Positions 14,138 to 28,600 of a stretch of DNA of 64,000 nt are shown piece after piece; position 1 is the first letter of the stretch; each line of letters opens with the position of its first letter. Made by a program: the position numbers and the translations under genes. A model generated the notes under the pieces. That model did no database searches. It was not told the origin of the DNA and saw only the letters and a list, made by a program, of their open reading frames with translations. Source of the stretch: Selaginella moellendorffii (lineage: Eukaryota > Plantae > Lycopodiophyta); NCBI RefSeq assembly GCF_000143415.4, contig NW_003314331.1, positions 62,001-126,000 on the forward strand, in the 5' to 3' direction.

Positions 14138-14343
14138 GAAGAACAATGCCATGAACATATAATAATCTGTCTTCTAAGAAGTTGGAAGTTTGCGTAGGAA
14201 GACTAAAGACTTTGTTTGCTCTACACGGCATTGTTTGAGGCTACAGTTTTCTGGGCGTTTTGAGTTGTGGACAGACTTCTATATAAGACATTGTTTCTCC
14301 TCTCAAACATCTACAACGTCGCAGGCGTGAATTACTACGAGTT

Positions 14344-14740
14344 ATGGCAGCGTCGCAAGCCAAACTTGACCCGGCAATTCCAGTAATTGATTTTAGTGGC
14401 GAACGCTGTGAGACAATCAAGGCGGTGGCCGATAGTACTTACATTCTATCGACAGGATTTTTACACATTTTCAGGCTACAAACCATGGAGTTCCAGCGTC
14501 CAGCGTCCAAAGCATCGACCTGGCGCGCGAGTTTTTTTATCTCCCTCTCGACGAGAAGAGATCTTCCAACGCTGCAAACGAGAAACTCATAGGCATCTGG
14601 AAGGACCAATCGGGAGTTAATTCCTACCATGAGGACTTTGCGAGGAGCAAAGGCCAAGACCGGGACTGGCGAGACGCCCTCGTCGTCAACTAGCTCAGAA
14701 ACACGAGGCCTGGCCAAAAGCTCCACCTTCCTTCCGGTAA
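14344..14740 (+). pseudogene. Truncated 2OG dioxygenase relic
   Basis: PAIPVIDFSGE, (N)HGVP and DW-type N-terminal fragments, frameshifted, with no catalytic domain. Confidence 0.65.
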
Positions 14741-15394
14741 GACCGCTGGATGAGACAACCATTTAGTTGGAATTTTGCTTGCATTTGTTTCTCATTAAAA
14801 GCAAATGCAAGCACAAAGATTTCAAAGTAGAATCAGAAAGTTTTAAAAGGACTAGCTTATGGCTACGAGAATAAATCTCTACAATGTTGCGTTGGATGTT
14901 TGCAATTGCAAGTAACTTCTTGGCAAAGTCCTCTGTTTCTTTAATCTTCTGTGAAGGTACATTTTTGTTTCTACATTGGATTCCTTTGCATGTCTATCTG
15001 TGAGAACTCTAATGCGTGCATTCAAAGAGACCTCAAGGCTGGACAGCTCTCTCTTCCAGAGTGAAGCCAAAGATATGATACTCTGCTTTGTTGGTTCTTA
15101 TTGTTTGCCTCTTCCTAGTCTTAATGCCAAGGGATGTACCAAGGTGAGAAGCGCAAGAGAACCAAGCGTGTGCTGCTAGAAGCTATGCAATCACCAGGAG
15201 GTTCGTATCTCTTTAATCGATCTCTGAAGAGGACAAATACCTCCAGAGAAGAAATGGCAGTAGCAGCTCCACCGGGGAGGAAATCCAGGCAACCAGGTGC
15301 AGCACAGACAAAGATGCTAGTAGCGTTTCTTCACATGACTTCATTCTGGTCCAGCAAATATCGGCTCTCCTGTGGCTGGACTCGTTGGAAGTTT

Positions 15395-16220
15395 CGGCTC
15401 TAATCGACATCCGGAGCAGCTCGACTTCCTGGCGAGCTGGGATTTCTCGCACGACCCCTGCAGCAGCTTAAACGGGGTGGTGTGAGGCGTCAACCACGTA
15501 ACCATGCTCAGCCTTGGCGGCGGGATCCCGGACTAGCAGGAACTCGGAGCCCATCGCTGGGGAAGCTCACGTGTGAGGAGCTTGGCTCTCGTCTCGGGCC
15601 ACTTTTGCATCCCAGACAGGCGGCCTCAAGGACCTCCCGTTCATCGGCCTCACCAGCAATTGCCTCTCCTTCTCCGGGTTGTGCAGCATCCAAAGCATGA
15701 ACTTGAGCTTTGACGGGGAGTCCACCGGAGGAGGTGGCGAAGCTCCCGAATCTCAACACGCTGACGCTCTCGCACAACTCCATGTCAGGTGCGCTGCCAC
15801 TCTTCTCGGCCATGCTCATCCACCTCGACCATCTAACGCTGGCCACGAGGACGATGCAGGCGTTTCTCGACCTGAGCTTCAACCAGTTCATCGGAGGCAT
15901 CCCGCCAGAGATCTTCGGCTTCCGGATCAGCAACCTCCTCTTCCAGGGGCCAGTCCAGGTTCTAACCACGTCCTTCACAGGCATCCCATCGGTGGTGGAT
16001 CTCAGCTAAAACTGTCTCACAGGCCGCAGGGCTGGCGTTCGCTCTTTCTCAACAACAATCGCTTCTCCAGGGCGGTGCCGCAGGAGTTTGTGGACGCCAT
16101 GTTCGGGGACCTCCAGGTCTTGTACCTCCAGCACAACTACATCGCCAACATCAACCTGGCGTCCACCATCCCGCTGCCTACGATATACACATTTTTGCAT
16201 CCATTACAATTGCCTCAACT
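15395..16220 (+). pseudogene. Extracellular LRR protein relic
   Basis: LRR N-cap FLASWDFSHDPC and LRR repeats (LNTLTLSHNSMSG, LDLSFNQFIGGIP, LFLNNNRFS, LQVLYLQHN) scattered across frames. Confidence 0.7.
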
Positions 16221-16759
16221 CGTCGTCGTCGGATCCAAGAGTTTTAAGTTAGAAACTGGCTATTTTTACAAAGGTGGTGGCAATAAATACCTGCAATCCG
16301 GAAGCCCTATTCTTGTTCAAGTTTTTTTTCGAGGATGCCTGCTTGTATTTGTTCGCCCACAACCCAAGCTACATCGCCAATACGACACTACATGGATGAG
16401 GGACACCAAGGTGGACAATAAGAATGGAGCTGCCAATCTCAATCTTTCGAAAGAGTCAACCAAGGAATTTGTGAATAATTAGCTACTAGTTTCCTGCTGT
16501 TAAAATAAGAGGATGGAGCTCGTGCTACATTGAAATACAGCAGGTTTTGTGTTATGGACTCAGTCCTTGATGGGGGGAGGGTTTTCCTTCCTTGTCTGGG
16601 AGGAGGCATCCGATCCCGTTCGATCGCTGATTCGCCAGTCAGAATCGGTTTGCGTTACTTATAGAAAATAAGAATACTAATCATCTACGCTCTGGGCGCA
16701 CAGGAAGAGATCGAGGGAAGAAATCTCTAGAAATAATCCATGCTCAAGCTTTAATCAAC

Positions 16760-17260
16760 ATGGGTGCTGGAATGACTTTGGGCTGTTCAACAGTCCAAAG
16801 CAGAAGTTCGTAACTTGAGGCTGGCAGCATCCATCGCAGCCACAACGTTCTTCAAGTTGTTTTTGCATAACACATACATCCTGTCTAGCTGCTATTTTGA
16901 TCTGCGCATTGATCCATCCTTGTAGTTTTGTTATTTTGAGGTGGAAAGAAAGAATGATGCACTTCTAGGCGTGTATTTAAATTTGAAGCTCCTCTCCAAT
17001 CTTGCAAATTTTTGCCATGATTTCGTCCTCGGCCATGAGTAGCTCTAGGTGTGTTTTGTCAATGCAGGGAGTGCAAAAAGCTTTAGGTTTTGAGCATCTC
17101 AGCAAATCTTGGATGCCATCTACTGCCTCTTTGGAAAAAATTGTCCAGCGCTGGGAAATTCTATTTGACAAGAAAGAGCATCCACTTTCTATCAAGCAGA
17201 GGTGATTAGAGTTGAAACAATGATGCACTACTTTCTCTTTATTAGTTCTTGCTCAAGAGG
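16760..17260 (-). other. Possible coding relic of unknown family
   Basis: Two coding-like blocks (…IQDLLRCSKPKAFCTPC…; …NLKNVVAAMDAASL…); no recognisable full gene. Confidence 0.25.
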
Positions 17261-18285
17261 AGCGCATAAACTGGACACATGAAAAACCACAAAGTTTAAG
17301 GATTCTCAAATATCCCACTAAAAAAGTGAGATTTTTCTGACAAAGTGTATATTAGATACTTAAATTATTTGATGCTCCTATGACCGGAGAAAGAGACCAA
17401 ATGCCATTGTATAACTTCATATTTGCAAATTATCTCTGGTTAGAACATTTTAACTTTGTGGTGGTTAAAACCATTTTACCAGGAAAATGCTCCGGACAAA
17501 ACTATCCCAATCTTCCAAGTCCTAAGATAACTGGGAGAGTCTTACACCCATGTCTCACGTGCCAAGATCGAGAAGAAAAGGTAGCATCGCCTATAAAAGA
17601 TATTATCCACCAACTTTTGAGAAATAAGCACAAAGTCTCTGACCGTTTCAAAACCTTTTAAGCATTTAGCCCTTTCAAATGTGTCTTTGAATCCCTATGC
17701 CTGGTGACGAGGAAACTTCCGATGGTCGATCCAAGAGTGCTACTGATACCAGCTTGCGAAGCCATGATTGCAGCAAAGAAACATTTCGTCAATTTATCTT
17801 ATCACTCGGAGAAACTTTTCAGAAAGTAGAAATTTTGTTGCTATAAAAGATTCTAGAGAGACTATTCTTGGGATGGAAGACTCAGCAATAAACACTCAGC
17901 AATAATTGCTGTTGGTTCTTAATTTAACCACTGAAAAAAGTACTTAATTAACTTTTTAATGCTGCTTAAGCAAACCTGTGGATATACCTCAAACATAGGA
18001 TATTCTACTATCTAACGGTTGTTATTCATTTAGATTAATTTTGTATTTATAATTTATAAACATATTTATAATTTAAAATTTTTCTTAAACCCTTTCTTAT
18101 ATATTATTTTTTATTCTATTATCTAATGGTTCATATGCAATAATATTAATCTTGTGTTTATAAATTACAAAAATTCTTATAATTATAAACTTTATTTGAT
18201 CAATTGAATTAATAAATAAGAATAATACTACTATTAAGCAAACTAAATGTTAATACATGCAACACGTAACAATTTATTATAAATA

Positions 18286-21200
18286 CTATATTCCATTGTT
18301 GAAATTTTGCCTCGAGCTAAAGCTCCCATCCTCCTCAAGCTGGATAGCCTCTCTCAACTCAGTTACCACCATACTCATGTTAGGCCTTCTCTTGGAGGAG
18401 TGCTCCACACATCTCATTGCAACCTCTAAAAGTTTCCATGCTGATTGCTCTCTATAGTTTGATAACTTAGGATCTATTACCGCTTTCAAGTTGCCTTTCT
18501 CAAGTTCCTTGCATGCCTGAAAGTGAAGGCTGCTGTCAAACAAAACAAAAGTGAAAAAAAGTGTTCTTACCCATGTAGAGAGAACAATTTGCTCCTCTGG
18601 AAGAGATAGGTTGATTGGTTCACGACCAGAAGCAATCTCAAACAATACCACTCCAAAGCTGTATACATCTGATTTCTCCGTGAGCCTGTTGTATGAATGG
18701 TACCTGTCAAACCAGCTTGATTAAAATGAAAACGACATTTTCTAAGCTTACTCTGGATCAAGATATCCCGGAGTTCCTTTTACTGCAGTTGAGACATGTG
18801 ATGCTTCATTTTTGTTATAAAGCTTGGAAATTCCAAAGTCACTGACTTTGGCAACCATAGCAAAATTTAAAAGTATATTGGTTGTTTTGATATCTCGATG
18901 AATTATGTGTACATTGCATGAGGTGTGAAGATACTCCAATGCTGAGAGAAGTATTGCTCAATTCAAATTTACACAAACTTGTTTACCTTGAGCAGCCTCT
19001 AAAGCAATTTGCAACCGTGTTTTCCAACTTAATGTTGGGCGGTTTGTGCCTGAAACCATCAAAGAGGCACAAACCATCATGAAAGAAAGATATTACTATA
19101 TAACAAAAACTCACCATATAAGTGCTCCCTCAATGTTCCATTTGCCAAAAGCTCATACACTAATATAAGCTCAGACCCTTGATTACAATAGCCAAGAAAA
19201 GTTACCAGGTTTCTGTGGTGCACAATTGATAGAATATCGATCTGTCAAGAAAACACAAATTTAACAATGTTTTTAGATATTTGAAGTCACCTCCGTGTAA
19301 AATTCCTGATGCCCTTGGCTTGAGCTGCTTGATAAAACCTTCACTGCAACTTCAGTACCATCTGGAAGTCGGCCATAATACACTGGTCCGAAACTTCCTT
19401 CTCCAAGAACCTTCTTAAAGTTGTTTGTGGTATTAATGATATCTTTGTAAGTGAAGCTTTTAGCACTGAAATTTGGAGACTTTGGCTCTAACCCAGAGAA
19501 CCGGATCAGTGTGTAAGTTAAAAACTAGGATGAACTTACTTGAATTCTCTGTAGTCTCTTCATCTTGTGCTCTAACAGTTCTTGGACTGTCCCTCTTTTT
19601 ACTAGAGAAGAAAAATACGACAAGTCCAGCTCCAAGTAATAGTATGGCTACAGATGGTACTGCTACCGCAATGATAAGCGTTGTATTTTTTTTCTTGTTG
19701 TGCTTTTCACATAAGTTAGCAGTTATGCTGCAAAAAGAAATGATAAGAAAAAAAAACAATAAAAAAGAAAACTGACTTGAAAGAGAACTGAAGTTCTGGT
19801 GGTATGCATTCCAAACTGTTGTTCTGTAATGACCTGTAAAAGAAACCAGTGAGCAAGGAGCTCAAGCAATGTGGCATGGCATGTACTCACAAGACTGTAA
19901 GATTTTTCAAGGAGCTAAAAGTTGGAACTCGTCCTGTCAATACGTTGTTATCCAAATAGCTGAAACGAGAAACCGTGAAGGAGACAAAAAAGTTTCAATA
20001 CGATACATACATTTTTGTAAGATGTGATAGCTTCCTGATAGACTCTGGTATGGTAGCATTGAGTCGCTGGTTCGACAGCTTCCTGTAACGTACAAAGGCA
20101 TAAAGATTAGAAATTAGAAACATTAGAAACCTTCTTCTTACAGCTCTGTAATTATCGCTGGGCTTTGAGCGAAGTCGCAGGTGATCCAGCTCCAAGTGTA
20201 ACGATGAGGCAAGCAAGGATCCCCTGACCATCCAGTGAGGTTAAAGTGGTTCATCACCTCGCGTATTGCTAGCACTGTAAAAGAAAGAAACAAAAATGTG
20301 TTCAAGTATGAGAAAATATGTTTCTTTTCGGCTGCGGATCTTTTACCGTCATCCGATTCTGTCCCTGGGAGGAGATTTTTGAACTCGAGTAGCTCGGCAG
20401 CATTGATAATTGGACCAAGTGTTGAGTTTCGCGTCGGAGTGAAAAGAAACTGCGTCGGATGTGAAAGTTCCACCGGATACTTGAGGTATATTTGCATCGA
20501 TGTCAAAGTGTCGGGCTTTCCGGTGTCAATGATCAGTGGTGAATCTTGAAACATGCTGGTGTTGAAGAAGATCGTGAATTGTCTCGTGTTGTTGCCTAAA
20601 TTAGCGAATTCAGCAAAGTAAAAGTTGACTTTGTACAGTGATGTTCTAAGTTTCGCTGGGAATGTAAAGACTATGGCCGAGTCTGAGGTGATTGCCGTTC
20701 TCATCACCGCCGAGGGAGGCCTGTCAAACGTGCTTGCCGAGACCGTCGAGTTCGTGCTGATTCGCTGGTACTTTTCCAAGCTCGTAATTTTTGTGTCGGC
20801 TTGCCACATTCGATCGTAAGGATCCTCGGGAAACCTGTTTCCACTCCAGTTTTTATTTGCAAGGAGATGTGAAACACACTAGCAAGTGCTTACCTGATAT
20901 CGGCATCCGATGTTGCTCCCAGATTTATCCTTCTCCAGACTACTATAGCTTCATTGGAATCTGAAAGGTTTCCGCTCATGCTAAGTTCCAGTCTTCGCAG
21001 CTCGATTGCCGAGATGAATGGAACATTTGCCGGTGATGTCGAGTTGCTCGCAAGGCAAAAATCCAGCGTCGAATTAGCAGCCTTCACGACAAACTCGTGG
21101 TACCACGTTTCTCCTTTTGTAATATGTGTATCAGTCACCTTGTTCGCACCGATCAGGATCTCAAACTCTCTGAGAGATGATTCGAGGCCATCGTAGTTGC

Positions 21201-21572
21201 CATAGTAAAATCTTGGTCTTACAAGGTAAACCTCGTCCACCAGAACTGGCAGTCCATAGCAGTGCTTTCGAGATGTATCCGGAAAGTAGCGAAGGCGCTG
21301 ATAGATTGGACTCAATCCCCTCCCCAGCGTACTTGAAACAGAGGCTTCAACTCCTGTCTTGATGTACTTGCCATCTGGTGTCCACTGGATACCAATCTCA
21401 TCCGTGTGGCTTTCGGAAGCTCCGCAATCAAGGCTCAGAAATCCTGCAAACAAAATGCTCAGACTTTTAACAAAAGATTCAAGTCAACCAACTAACTTGG
21501 TTGAGCTGAAACATAAATCTGTGTTGCGAAGAATGGAGTCGTAAAAAGAAGGATGAGAGGAGTTGACCACAT
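18286..21572 (-). CDS. Malectin-like domain LRR receptor-like kinase (LRR-I type), copy B, multi-exon
   Basis: Signal exon [12 protein letters not shown]…VSAQP; FLSLDCG, RLRYF and YYGNYDG malectin-like motifs; WSGDPC, short LRRs, TM helix; kinase [29 protein letters not shown]. Confidence 0.85.
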
Positions 21573-22307
21573 TGTTGCTACCCTCTTTTTCAGATAGCTG
21601 AAACTTGCTTAAGACCTGGAAAGACATGATAACAACGACGCTGCAACCAGGGACTTTGTCACGCAAACAAACATGCACGCGCAAAGAGCAAGTCAATAAG
21701 ATCCATTTGAAAAGTATCTCTGAAAGTTTCTCGCCAAATCCATAGAACGTTCTGGACTTGGAAAAAATCTCTTGAAACTATTCCAGTTTTACATCGAAGT
21801 AACAGTCCATGCTGAGGAATTGGCACTCCCTTAAAAGTGAGAGACAAAAGTCGCCATTTTTCACCAAACTTGGGAAGAGAAAATGGAGACTTCAAGCTGC
21901 CACACGTTAACTTAAACAAGGAAAGCGATAAGAGGCAGCATACCATGAACATTATCGCCATCACCAGCCATCGTGTCCACGCTACTGTGCATTTGATGAA
22001 ACTAGCTGTGTAAGTTTGTAAGCTAACAGAGTATACCAACTTACCTGAGTCATCTCTAACGAAGACGCCCATTGATGATCTTGTGCTCGATGTCTCTTTG
22101 CTCGCAGTGTCCGGCTTTTGCATCTGGAAGCTCTCTTGGACCAGCCACGAACGAAAGCCAGGAGTAAATGCGTAACATGTCTCGTTTTCAATCGGCTTCC
22201 CAAACTGCAAAAACTTTGTGTGTCACTTATGCCCCAGACGAGATCACCAGTCGCAAAGCTTTTCCGAAGCTTTGATCTTGTTCCACAATCACCCTGCTGC
22301 TTGATTC

Positions 22308-22905
22308 ATGGCCGAGCAAGCTTGTCGAGCGCTAGCCAAGACCTGGAAATGCTTGCAAGGCGTCATGGATCGAATCAAGCAGGAAAAGCCAACCTTGCAT
22401 CGACTCATCCTTGTCTGTGCTGGAGGAATGTTGCCGCACTGGTAACCATCTTTGTGCTGCTCATCGGTACACCAATCTTCCTGCTCTTCCTTCCACTTCT
22501 CGTCCCTCTCGGCATCCTGGCGGTTCTTTTCATCGGTGGGATCCTTCGTCACCACTAGCTTGGCTCTTGGAAGTCGCAAAGTTTGGAGCCGAAGCCATGA
22601 TCCATACCGTGACCGGCAACTTCGTCGAGATCTTCACTGGAAACGTTGGATCCCATTTCGCCAGCATCGTCGCAAATACCGCTGGCGGTGTCAAGAACGT
22701 TGCTGTGGCTCGCAAGCTGTGGGCACGGCGATGGCGAAGAATCGAGCGTAGTCGCCAGTGGTCTAGTGGAGACTGCCAAGAACACGGGAAGGCTCTTGAG
22801 ATTGGAACCACTGCGGTGACAGGGGGAGTTCTCGAGCTTGGATCAAGTGTAACTGGCGGAGTTCTCGAGCTTGGATCGAGCGTAACCGGCACTGTGACTG
22901 AACGT
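22308..22905 (+). pseudogene. Frameshifted copy of the oleosin-like gene
   Basis: Inverted duplicate of 32515-33339 with internal deletions; retains TPIFLLFLPLLVP and VTGGVLELGSS repeats. Confidence 0.85.
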
Positions 22906-22911
22906 GGATGC

Positions 22912-22990
22912 TACCAGTTCTTGCGGCAAGAAGGGGAGCCAGGTGCTTGGGAAGGCGCTGATGAAGCGGCGGAACGCGGACATCACCATT
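22912..22990 (+). pseudogene. LSG1 5' fragment
   Basis: Matches ~36165-36260 (gaaggggagccaggtgcttgg…gcggcggaacgcgga). Confidence 0.7.
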
Positions 22991-22999
22991 TCCTGGAGC

Positions 23000-23830
23000 G
23001 TCTGCACGACTCGTGAATGATAGCGTTTGGGGAAGATCGTGGAGACGATCGGCCATTCCTGCCGGTGAGTATCACCGAGATTGGCTCGCCAAGAATCCCA
23101 GAGGGACAAGCCTCGGCGGCCAAGTCGATTCGTCCTGTTCTTCCCGAGAAATGGGAAAGGTCTATAAGGAGCTATGAGAATCGATTGGTAGGCATCTCTC
23201 TCCCTCTCTCTCTCGCTTCGTCGACCGAGAAGAATCCTTCCTCTTGCTGGACCATCCAGGAACGCGGGTGGCGATCTAGGCGATCGCGCCGCTTCCACAA
23301 ATCCTATCGGCTAGGGCGGAGAGCTGCTGGGCGTCCTGGCCGGGAAGCTCTGCTCCCATGGCTTCTCCAGCACCGTCACCGCGGCCATCATCTCCTGCCG
23401 CTTGCGCTTCTCGTAGATCCGGCGCTCGCGCAGCAGCCACGCCTTCTCGCGCATCGCTGCTTGTGCATCTGGAGCCTCTTTCACTGCCCCTTGGTGACGC
23501 CGCGGGGGAATGTGCGCTTGCCGCCGCCCATTCGCGCTCCCGGCGCTCAAGCTCATCGCCATGGCGGGAAAACCTCAAGAACCCTAAAATCTCGCCATAA
23601 GCCCTAAAATTCGCTCTTTCGATGGAAGAGGGGCGCATCCGCGAGCTGGAGAACGATGTTGCCGCATTGTCTGCGAGGATCAAGGCAAGTTCTTTCATCC
23701 TCTCTTCAGTGAGTGAAAATCTTGGCGCAGGCACTGGAAGTGGAGAATGCAAATTTAACTGCTCGATTGTCACAGCAGGTTCGTTCTTCTTGTCTCCCAT
23801 TCGATTTACTCTCTGTTCTTTCAGCATGGT
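23000..23830 (-). pseudogene. Relic of the unidentified gene (copy 2)
   Basis: Paralogous to 1-735; frameshifted. Confidence 0.5.
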
Positions 23831-24319
23831 GAGAACCAGTCGCTAAAATCGAAGCGGACTCACAAGAATCACAAGAATCACAAGAAAGAAAATCAAGGTA
23901 CTCTACGATCCGTTTAAAGGAATTCCTAGTAACTCTTTCTCTCTTGCTAGGAAACTTTAAGCGACGATTTGTGGCTTTGAAAATCATGTACATTGGCAGC
24001 TGGTACGTTCCTATCTTTCGTTTGGAAGAAAGCTGATTTTTTTCTTTCTTTCTTTTTTTTGTTACTATCTAGTTACCATGGATTTGCGTCGCAAGGCTGT
24101 GCTTTTAACACTGTCGAGGTATGCAGTGTTTGCTCTAGAACATTAGAGCAACTCTGGCATTTTCCAGTCCGAGATCTTTGCCGCTCTACAGAGAACAAAT
24201 CTTGTAGTCGGTTCTATAGCCGATGCAAATTACTCGAGGTGTGGTCGAACTGATAGAGGTGTTTCGGCGACTGCTCAGGTTCTCTTTGCGGTGTAACTCT
24301 TCCTTTTTCGAGCTTGGCT

Positions 24320-25250
24320 GCTTGCAGGTTATTGCATTGTATTTGCGCTCGAAAAAAAAAGCGTTGGATGACACCGAAGAGTCTGGTTATGGCTCAAAAG
24401 ATAGAGTCATTGTCGCAAGATCTAGCCGCGAAGAGGAGGAGATGTTTGCAGCCGAAACAGGTACCTTCACTCGTGATTTCGTGATCTAATCGTTTGAATC
24501 GCGCCAGATGACGATGAAATAGACTACGTAAGCTCACTTAATCGGGCTCTTCCAGCAGATATACGAGTTCTTGGATGGTGTCCTGTTCCTCCTGGATTTC
24601 ATGCAAGGTATCACTCTCAATTTTAAGCATTGACTTTGCGAGTGCTCTGGTGCGCAGGTTCAGCTGTTTGTATCGGGAGTACAAGTACTTCTTCATCGAC
24701 GATGGCTTAAACATAGACGTAAGAAATTGAAAATTTGGCTGCAGAAGTTTCATTTTTGTTTAGGCCATGAAGCAAGCATCTCAGCGACTGCTTGGTGAGC
24801 ACGATTTTCGCAACTTCTGTAAAATGGATGCTGACAACATTCACAACTACACCCGACAGATTCTGGCTTTCGACATTCTTCCAATTGAAGAGTGGTAGAG
24901 TATTTGAATCTTTGGATTGTTGGTTTCTTCATCACTGTCTCGCCTTTCAGCTGGGAAGGAAGAAGTCTGTGGGTTATGCACGTCCGAGGAAACGCATTCT
25001 TATGGCATCAAGTTCGTTGCATGGCTGCTGTGCTTTTCATGATTGGCCGTGGCCATGAAACACTGACAGTAAGCTGCAACTCGATTTTTTCCATGGAGAT
25101 AAATAAGTTTGTTGATTTTGTAGATCATTGATGACCTTTTAGATGTGGACAAGACAATGAGAAAACCACAGTATGTGATGGCGCCCGAGCTTCCGCTTGT
25201 TCTTCAGAGTTGTGCTTTTCAAGGCCTTCGATTCTACTGCCGGCCCGGTA
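24320..25250 (+). pseudogene. tRNA pseudouridine synthase (Pus3/TruA-like) partial copy
   Basis: GEHDFRNFCKMD (~24795), GNAFLWHQVRCMAAVLFMIGRGHE and LLDVDKTMRKPQYVMAPELPL; no N-terminal catalytic region seen. Confidence 0.7.
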
Positions 25251-25643
25251 AGAGTCAAGTTAGATCCAGGCTCACATTTTGGTTTACATATGTTTGTAGA
25301 ATCAAAAGCACAGATACATAGGCATTTGTTGAAACATCTCGACCAAACGCTATTAACAGCCGCACTAATTTCTGAAGGCATGCTGGAGCTTGATTGTCCT
25401 GGTAAGCATGCTTATCTTCATGCTTCGATTAAATCCATGATGTTGCAGACTCAATTGTTTCTTTTAGCAAAACAAATTATGTGCCTCTCCTCTCTCGGCC
25501 CACTGAACGTAAGCACACTTCTACCAGAGTTTCACAGCTGACGATTGTGTGCTTTAGCTACTTATGAAGAACGGCGAAAGAAATTGATCAACACCACCAA
25601 CACTTCTTAAAACACTGTCTCAATTTTGGTAAACTTGCACTAC

Positions 25644-28600
25644 TTATCTTCCTCTTCTGAAAGTTTCCATAGATCGTGTGATAGAGTTCCCTTCCTCCTC
25701 AAGTTGGATGGCCTCTTTCAGCTCGTTTACCACAGTGCTCATGTTTGGCCTCCTATCGGATCGATGCTCCACGCAGTTCATTGCAAGTTCCAAAACTTTC
25801 CATACTGCTTGCTCTTTATAGCTTGATAGCTTGGGATCTATTAGAGTTTTCAGGTTGCCTCTCTCGAGTTCCCTGCATGCCTGGAGGAAGTAAAGCTGCT
25901 GTCAAGCAAGCGAAAGACTTGGAAAGAGTGTTCTTACCCATTTTGAAAGAACAACTTGTTCCTCTGGAAGTGTCAGATTGATAGGTTCACGGCTGCAAAC
26001 AATTTCAAACAGTACCACTCCAAAGCTGTACACATCTGATTTCTCTGTGAGTCTACTGTAGGAATGGTACCTGAGACCATTGGAGAAAAATTTGTGACAA
26101 TGGTTCAAACCAGAAGATAATAAAAATGAAGTTTTTGCTTACTCTGGATCGAGATATCCTGGAGTTCCTTTGACAATTGTTGAGACGTGAGATGCATTGT
26201 TTTTGTCGTAAAGCTTAGAGAGCCCGAAATCGCTAACTTTGGCAACCATAGCAGAGCTTAAAAGTATGTTGGTTGTCTTTACGTCTCGATGGATTATATG
26301 AAGATTACAAGACGTGTGCAAATACTCCAATCCTATGAAAATCATTGCTTAGAGTCTTCATACAAACTCGTCTTGTTTACCTTGAGCAGCGTCTAAAGCA
26401 ATTTGCAATCGAGATTTCCAACTTAAAGTTGGACAGCTTGTGCCTTACATACAAGCACATTAAAGAGAGACAAACGGAAACCAAAGAAGATTACTTACCA
26501 TACAAGTGCTCTCTCAAAGTTCCATTCGACAAAAACTCATAGAGCAGTATAAGCTTCGATCCATGGTCACAGTAGCCAAGAAAAGAGACCAAGTTCCTAT
26601 GATGTACTACTGATAGAATATCAATCTGCCAAGAAAATGCAATGGTTTTGAATCAGTTTGGTATCCATGCTTCACGATCAAACTCACCTCTGTATTAAAC
26701 TCTTGATATCCTTGCTTTGAGGAGCTTGACAAAACCTTAACAGCAACTTCAACACCATTGGAAAGGCGGCCATAGTACACTGGTCCAAAGCTTCCTTCGC
26801 CTAGAACTTGCTTGAAGTTGTTTGTGGCCTCGATCACATCTTTGTAACTAAAGTTTTTGGTGCTGGAGTTTGGAGACTTTGGAGCCAGGCCTGGAGATTA
26901 GAATTGAGCTGTAAACACAAGCCAGCATTTTGCAACTTACTTGGACTCTCAGTATCTTTGTTATCTGACTCCTGTGGTCTGATGGTTCCTGGGCTCTTGT
27001 CCGTCTTTCTACGGGACATGAAACACACAACAAGTCCAGCTGCGAGTAGTAACATGGCTACGCATGGAACCGCGATTCCAATTAAAAGTGTTGTATTTTT
27101 CGTCTTCTTTGCGTCGAGTTTCTCGCATAACTTAACACTAGTGCTGCAGAAGGAAGGAAACAAAAGATAAAATTCAAGAGAGAATCTCGATAAACGAACT
27201 TGAAAGAGAGCTGCAGTTCTGGTGGTACACAATCCAAGCTGTTGTTTTGTAAGGACCTGTGAAATAGTGAGTGTAAGAAACACTCTAATTTTCGAGCATA
27301 CGCTGTACTCACAAAACCGTGAGGTTCTTCAAGGAGCTAAAGTTTGGAACTGGCCCTGTCAATGCGTTGTTATCCAGATATCTGAAGAACAAGATGAGAA
27401 GAAACCAAGAATTGCTAAAGAACCTTTCATACATTTTTGTTAGATGTAACAGCTTCGTGATGGACTGTGATATATTACCACTCAAACGTTGGTTGGATAA
27501 GTTCCTGCAATGCAAAGCTCTTCAGTTTCGTATGATACATATGAATCCTCTTACAACTCTGTGATTCTTGCTGGGATTTGAGCTATGTCGCAAGTGATCC
27601 ACTGCCAAGTGTAGGGAAGAGGCAAGCAAGGATCTCCCGACCATCCAGTGATGTTAAAGTCATTCATCACATCACGAATCGCTACCACTGTCCAGAGAAG
27701 AAAACTGTCACAAACAAGATAATGTATATGATGCTACATACCATCATTGGGTTCTGTCCCTGGAAGGAGACCACCTTTATACTCGAAGAGCTCGGCAGCA
27801 TTGAGGACCGCACCCAGCGTAGAGTTTGGCGTGGGGACGAGAAAGAAACGTGTTGGATCAGAAAGCTCCACGGGAGCTTTGAGATACACTTGCACTGAAG
27901 TAAGCGGAGCCTGAGTGTGCTTTTCGATGTTGACGGTCACCGCGATCTGGGGAGTTTCAAGAGAGCTGGTGTTGAAAAGGAGCGTGAACTCTCTCGTGTC
28001 GTTCCCCAGAGCGAAGAACTCCGCAAAGTAAAAGTTGACGTAGTACTTCGTTGCCTCGAGCGTGGCTGGAAACTCGAAGACCATCACGGAGTTGGAGACG
28101 ATCGCGGAGCTCATCACCGCGGTGGGAGGCTTGTTAAAAGTTTTCCCTACGGAAATAGTCGAGTTAGTGTTGATCCGCTGGTAGCTTCCCATGTTTTTGA
28201 AGCCCTTGTCAGCTCTCCATATTCGATCGTATTCATCCAAAGGATACCTGTTCGAAGAATTGAACGCTCGAAGAGAAAAAAGTTTGGGAGTTTCTTACCT
28301 GATATCTTCGTTTGAAGTTGCTCCAAGATTGATCCTTCTCCACATGAGTAAGACCTCACTATAATCCGAGACACTTCCACTCATCCCAGGAGCCAGCCTT
28401 CTAAGCTCGATTGTGGAGATGAATGGGATATTTGCCGGTGAATTCGAGCTGGTTCCAAGGCATAGATCTAGTGTCGAGTTTGTGGCTTTCACCACAAACT
28501 CGTAGTACCACGACGACTGGCTTCCCAGGCTCGCATTCATCACAGTATTCGCACCAATCGCGATGTCAAACTCGACTCGAGTTGATTCCAGCCCATCGTA

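Noticed and set aside
17960-18280. AT-rich segment resembling the reverse complement of ~42600-42700 (possible MITE)
   Set aside because: The similarity is low-complexity, and no TIR or TSD could be defined.
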